A DNA stretch of 62,922 nt, counting the filler, from Perkinsus chesapeaki ATCC PRA-425 (lineage: Eukaryota; Protista; Perkinsozoa), in the NCBI GenBank assembly GCA_013115145.1. It is 10 parts of 10 records of this genome, joined end to end, with 100 filler letters (N's around TTAATTAATTAA, not from the genome) between each part and the next. Parts side by side here need not be neighbours in the genome. Positions count along the whole stretch, not along the records: positions 58,557 to 60,786 come from JAAPAO010001647.1; positions 60,887 to 62,922 come from JAAPAO010001694.1; 8 more parts are not named here. One strand, written 5' to 3'. Positions 59,702-62,922 of the stretch are shown here, piece after piece (positions within the stretch are counted from its first letter, which is position 1; every line of letters starts with the position of its first letter). The notes beneath the pieces are model-generated. The model was given only the letters and a program-made list of their open reading frames with translations. It did not search any database and had not been told where the DNA came from. The translations under genes were made by a program, and so were the position numbers.

Positions 59702-60747
59702 GGCCTATTCTGAGGATCAAACGGCCGAGCTGTCAGCCCTGACTCTTTATCCGCCATGAGGTCAGTCACGGCTTTCGCAGCATCAGCAGCCACCTGGAAG
59801 CCCAGCAAGGCAAACGGTCTTCCACGCCGACTGCGAAGACAGAGAATGTCTTCGGGACCAAAAGTCTGAAGGTACTTAGCCGCTTTTGCCTTGTCCTCGA
59901 GGAACGCCCCCGCCACATATACGACATGGGGAAACCTCTCGGAGAACTTGGGCCGAGACGTAGCAGGCTTGGCGGCGGCCGCGTAACGAACAGTATCACC
60001 GCCAGTGTATGCTAGGAGTCGTCGAGCCTCCTCCTCCACACCACAGACACCACGTAGAGCCGCACAAAAAGTAGTAGTAGTGACCTTAGGCTGCTCGCCC
60101 GACTCGCGGGTAGCCAAATCGAAGTCATCAAAGGCCACCGTCGTTTCCCAGTCGAGCTCGTTGGCCTCGAGCCCGGCGCCAGCTATAGCGGCACGGATCT
60201 CCTTCAAGAAAGCAACCAATGTATCATGCGGAATAACTCGACAGAGCTGACGAATAAACGCCCGATGTTCCGCCGTGTCTTTACCAAAAATGCGGCGGAA
60301 AAGTGCAAAGGCGTCTGCCGCGTCCTCAATAAAGGCCTCATAGTCACCGTTCGGAACAAATCGGAGCTTGCTTAGCTTCGCCAAGTACTCATCCTTCAAG
60401 CTGTGCTTCTTGCCATACTGCCTAACCAGAATAGTTCTGATAAGCTGCCAGTCATAACCATAAATAACTGCCGCTCGCTCCGCAGTTGCAGAAACATCTT
60501 TCACCAGAGCGAAGGTATTCAGTAGTCGAGATACAACCAGGTGCTGGAAACGAGGCTCCACCTTGATGCCCTCAGCCGCGGCGGTAGCATAACCGGCTTC
60601 AACAACGCAAGCTTCAACTACGCTGAGATGATGCAAAAAATCATGCTTGCTAGCAAGGGTAGGTAGGGAATCCTTCCCCAAAAGCGTTGGGAAGTACCCC
60701 ACAGCTGTCACCATATTGGAGGAATCGGCCGGATCGGGAACTGTCAT
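59674..60747 (-). mobile_element. gag: LTR retrotransposon gag-like ORF (357 aa)
   Basis: Intronless ORF immediately upstream of and overlapping pol. Helical capsid-like core (WQLIRTILVRQYG...EY...L.KLRF). No CCHC knuckle. Confidence 0.75.
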
Positions 60748-60886
60748 ATGACAAACGCAAGGGTAACCGTTGGATCAAACTCTAACNNNNNNNNNNNNNN
60801 NNNNNNNNNNNNNNNNNNNNNNNNNNNNNNTTAATTAATTAANNNNNNNNNNNNNNNNNNNNNNNNNNNNNNNNNNNNNNNNNNNN

Positions 60887-61738
60887 AATTACAGCAACTC
60901 TACCATAAAGACTTATGTGGCTGGCATCAAGACGAAAAACCTGGAGCACGGATTCAAGCTGACTAGCCTAGAAGATGAGCATTTACAGAGGGCTCTGAAG
61001 TCGGCTCTCAAGCGTAACAGAGAGGGTGAGCCGGTGAACAAGATGGAACCCATAACCGTCAGTGAGGCTCGCATGGCCATGACATCACATCTTCCGCATA
61101 TGAGAGAAATAAAGATCTGCATGCTTATATCCCTGTTCGCAGTCATGAGAGCCACAGAGTGCTTCTCACTGGACACGGAAGACGTCAATTTCAAGACTAC
61201 TGATTCAATGGATATAGCCCTGCTAACAATCAAACAAAGCAAATGTCATCAAGTGCGTCAGGGAATTGTTATAAAAATAGGTTGTGTACTGCAATCTACC
61301 CAGCGGCCGTGTGGAGATACTCTATGCCCGGTACATCAGTTATACGAACACATGTACAGAGGTTTTAGGACGGCAGTTTTATCGACCAGGAAAGGCTCAC
61401 CGCTTTTTATAGACCCCTTTAATAAGCGACGACTAACATACGCCTCCTACTCGGATAAAGTAAAAACTTTGATTTGCGCCTCGACTTCTAGAGTGGGCTG
61501 GACCGACGTGATTCACGTGATTCAGAGTGAGTATTCACGTCACGTGAATACTCACTCTCTTAGACGCTCCGGTGCCTGGTGGATGTGGTTAGCGCGCATA
61601 CCTCGAGTCAACCGCCTGGAGTTCGGCCGGTGGGCGTTAGATACTACTCTCGAGAAGTTCTACCTTACCGGTGTTACCCACACACAGTCTCACAAGTACG
61701 CCAAAGCCATGGTAGAAGGCACTTACGACGGAATCTGA
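60887..61738 (+). mobile_element. Tyrosine recombinase of a DIRS/Ngaro-type retrotransposon (5' end in gap)
   Basis: STIKTYVAGIK; catalytic R (FAVMRATE), K (IKQSK), CPV, HSLRR, GRW and Y (EKFY). Confidence 0.88.
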
Positions 61739-61880
61739 CTCGGTGGCATTGCTCCAGATATTATCCGTGTGATAGTGTTATGGCTACGCGGCCATTCATC
61801 AGATGAGCCTCGTCTCAGATAGCTATGACTTTCAAAACTCACGTGGGATGCGTTAATTTTAGTGGTACCGGTCTGGGTTG

Positions 61881-62080
61881 GGAAGGATCTGGTTGTTAGG
61901 AGATATATGTTACTCGCTTCGCGAGTATTTATTGCATCGACTGCCGATGATGATCGGCAGTTCGCTATTATAATATTACAGCGCACTAACAACCAGTTCT
62001 CCTTTAAGATGAACCTCAAGCCCTGCGGCTCAAGGTTTCATCCCCAGACCCAAGCACCACAAGAGGGTGATCTTTTTAAC
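61881..62080. repeat. 200-bp direct repeat, copy 1 (putative B1)
   Basis: Matches 62314-62513 except for one substitution (GACTGCC/GGCTGCC). Confidence 0.95.
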
Positions 62081-62313
62081 ACGGGGTAACTCGTTAACCC
62101 TACATTAAAAAGTCACGATCGAATGGTGCTTATGCGCACGCGGAAGAGACGTCGCACAAGGATGGCACAACGCACTCGAGAGAATCCCGACACAAAATGT
62201 AACTGCATGGTCGAAACCAATGCGATCCGAGATAGAGATATGATCTATTTATCCGAGCTAGCATGAGGCTCTGCGGTCAATTTCTTTTAACACACCCACC
62301 CTCGATCCGTGGT

Positions 62314-62513
62314 GGAAGGATCTGGTTGTTAGGAGATATATGTTACTCGCTTCGCGAGTATTTATTGCATCGGCTGCCGATGATGATCGGCAGTTCGCTA
62401 TTATAATATTACAGCGCACTAACAACCAGTTCTCCTTTAAGATGAACCTCAAGCCCTGCGGCTCAAGGTTTCATCCCCAGACCCAAGCACCACAAGAGGG
62501 TGATCTTTTTAAC
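62314..62513. repeat. 200-bp direct repeat, copy 2 (putative B2, element 3' end)
   Basis: Second copy, separated from the first by a 233-bp unique spacer. Confidence 0.95.
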
Positions 62514-62562
62514 GGGCTGGTAAGCGCGATCCAGCACGCCGGATTTTGTGCAGGTAATGGGT

Positions 62563-62582
62563 TAAGCAGTGCTTAATAAGCA
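62563..62582. repeat. Three alternating inverted hexamers TAAGCA-g-TGCTTA-a-TAAGCA
   Basis: Same period-7 architecture as 51530-51549. Confidence 0.75.
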
Positions 62583-62922
62583 CCTTGTTGCTTATAAATT
62601 CTTTCTCGGCTGTATCCACAAGCGATACTCCAAGATCGCATGCTATGATTCATTCACACGCTTTCTTGATGGCAAAGTGTTGTGGCTTGTTCCCCGTCCA
62701 TATAGGAGAACACAAGGCGAGGAGGGAGTCAACAAAGGCTTGCTCTCGCAAAGGGAATTAGCTGTGCACGCAAGCACAATAGAGTGGGTGGCGCACAATA
62801 GATGACGGCCATCAAGGTGAGGATCCTAGATTTTTGGACAGAAGAAGGATGCTCTTTCGTTGTAGCAGGCCTCGAATTCGGTCAGGTTGTTATGGCTAAT
62901 ATACGCGTGTACTGTACGCGAT

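Noticed and set aside
60747-60786. Primer-binding site or LTR upstream of gag
   Set aside because: Only 40 bp are available before the gap, with no TGG-initiated tRNA complement; not assessable.

Overview
This is a gene-dense eukaryotic scaffold with short GT-AG introns. Gene content and style suggest an alveolate such as Perkinsus (inference). It consists of ten contigs joined by nine artificial 100-bp spacers (N44-TTAATTAATTAA-N44), so adjacency across spacers is unproven. Positions 1-51945 hold mostly host genes: a Sec14/CRAL-TRIO protein, a WLM metalloprotease, a ~13-kb FN3/PA14/filamin-Ig gene whose introns host tRNA-Val and tRNA-Thr, Cys-rich mucin-like secreted proteins, a flavin amine oxidase, a GT31-TSR-TM fusion, an ankyrin protein, an UNC-93-like transporter, a Tudor plus 10xWW protein and Cdc14. 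This part also contains a 1.3-kb TIR element with a target-site duplication and an LTR-retrotransposon pol fragment. Positions 52046-62922 are short contigs, mostly mobile elements: a Pif1-like helicase, an RTE-like LINE, an LTR element with an RRM-like Gag tail and a textbook -1 frameshift signal, and a tyrosine-recombinase retroelement with Ngaro-type split direct repeats. Gene models were spliced by eye, so boundaries are approximate.
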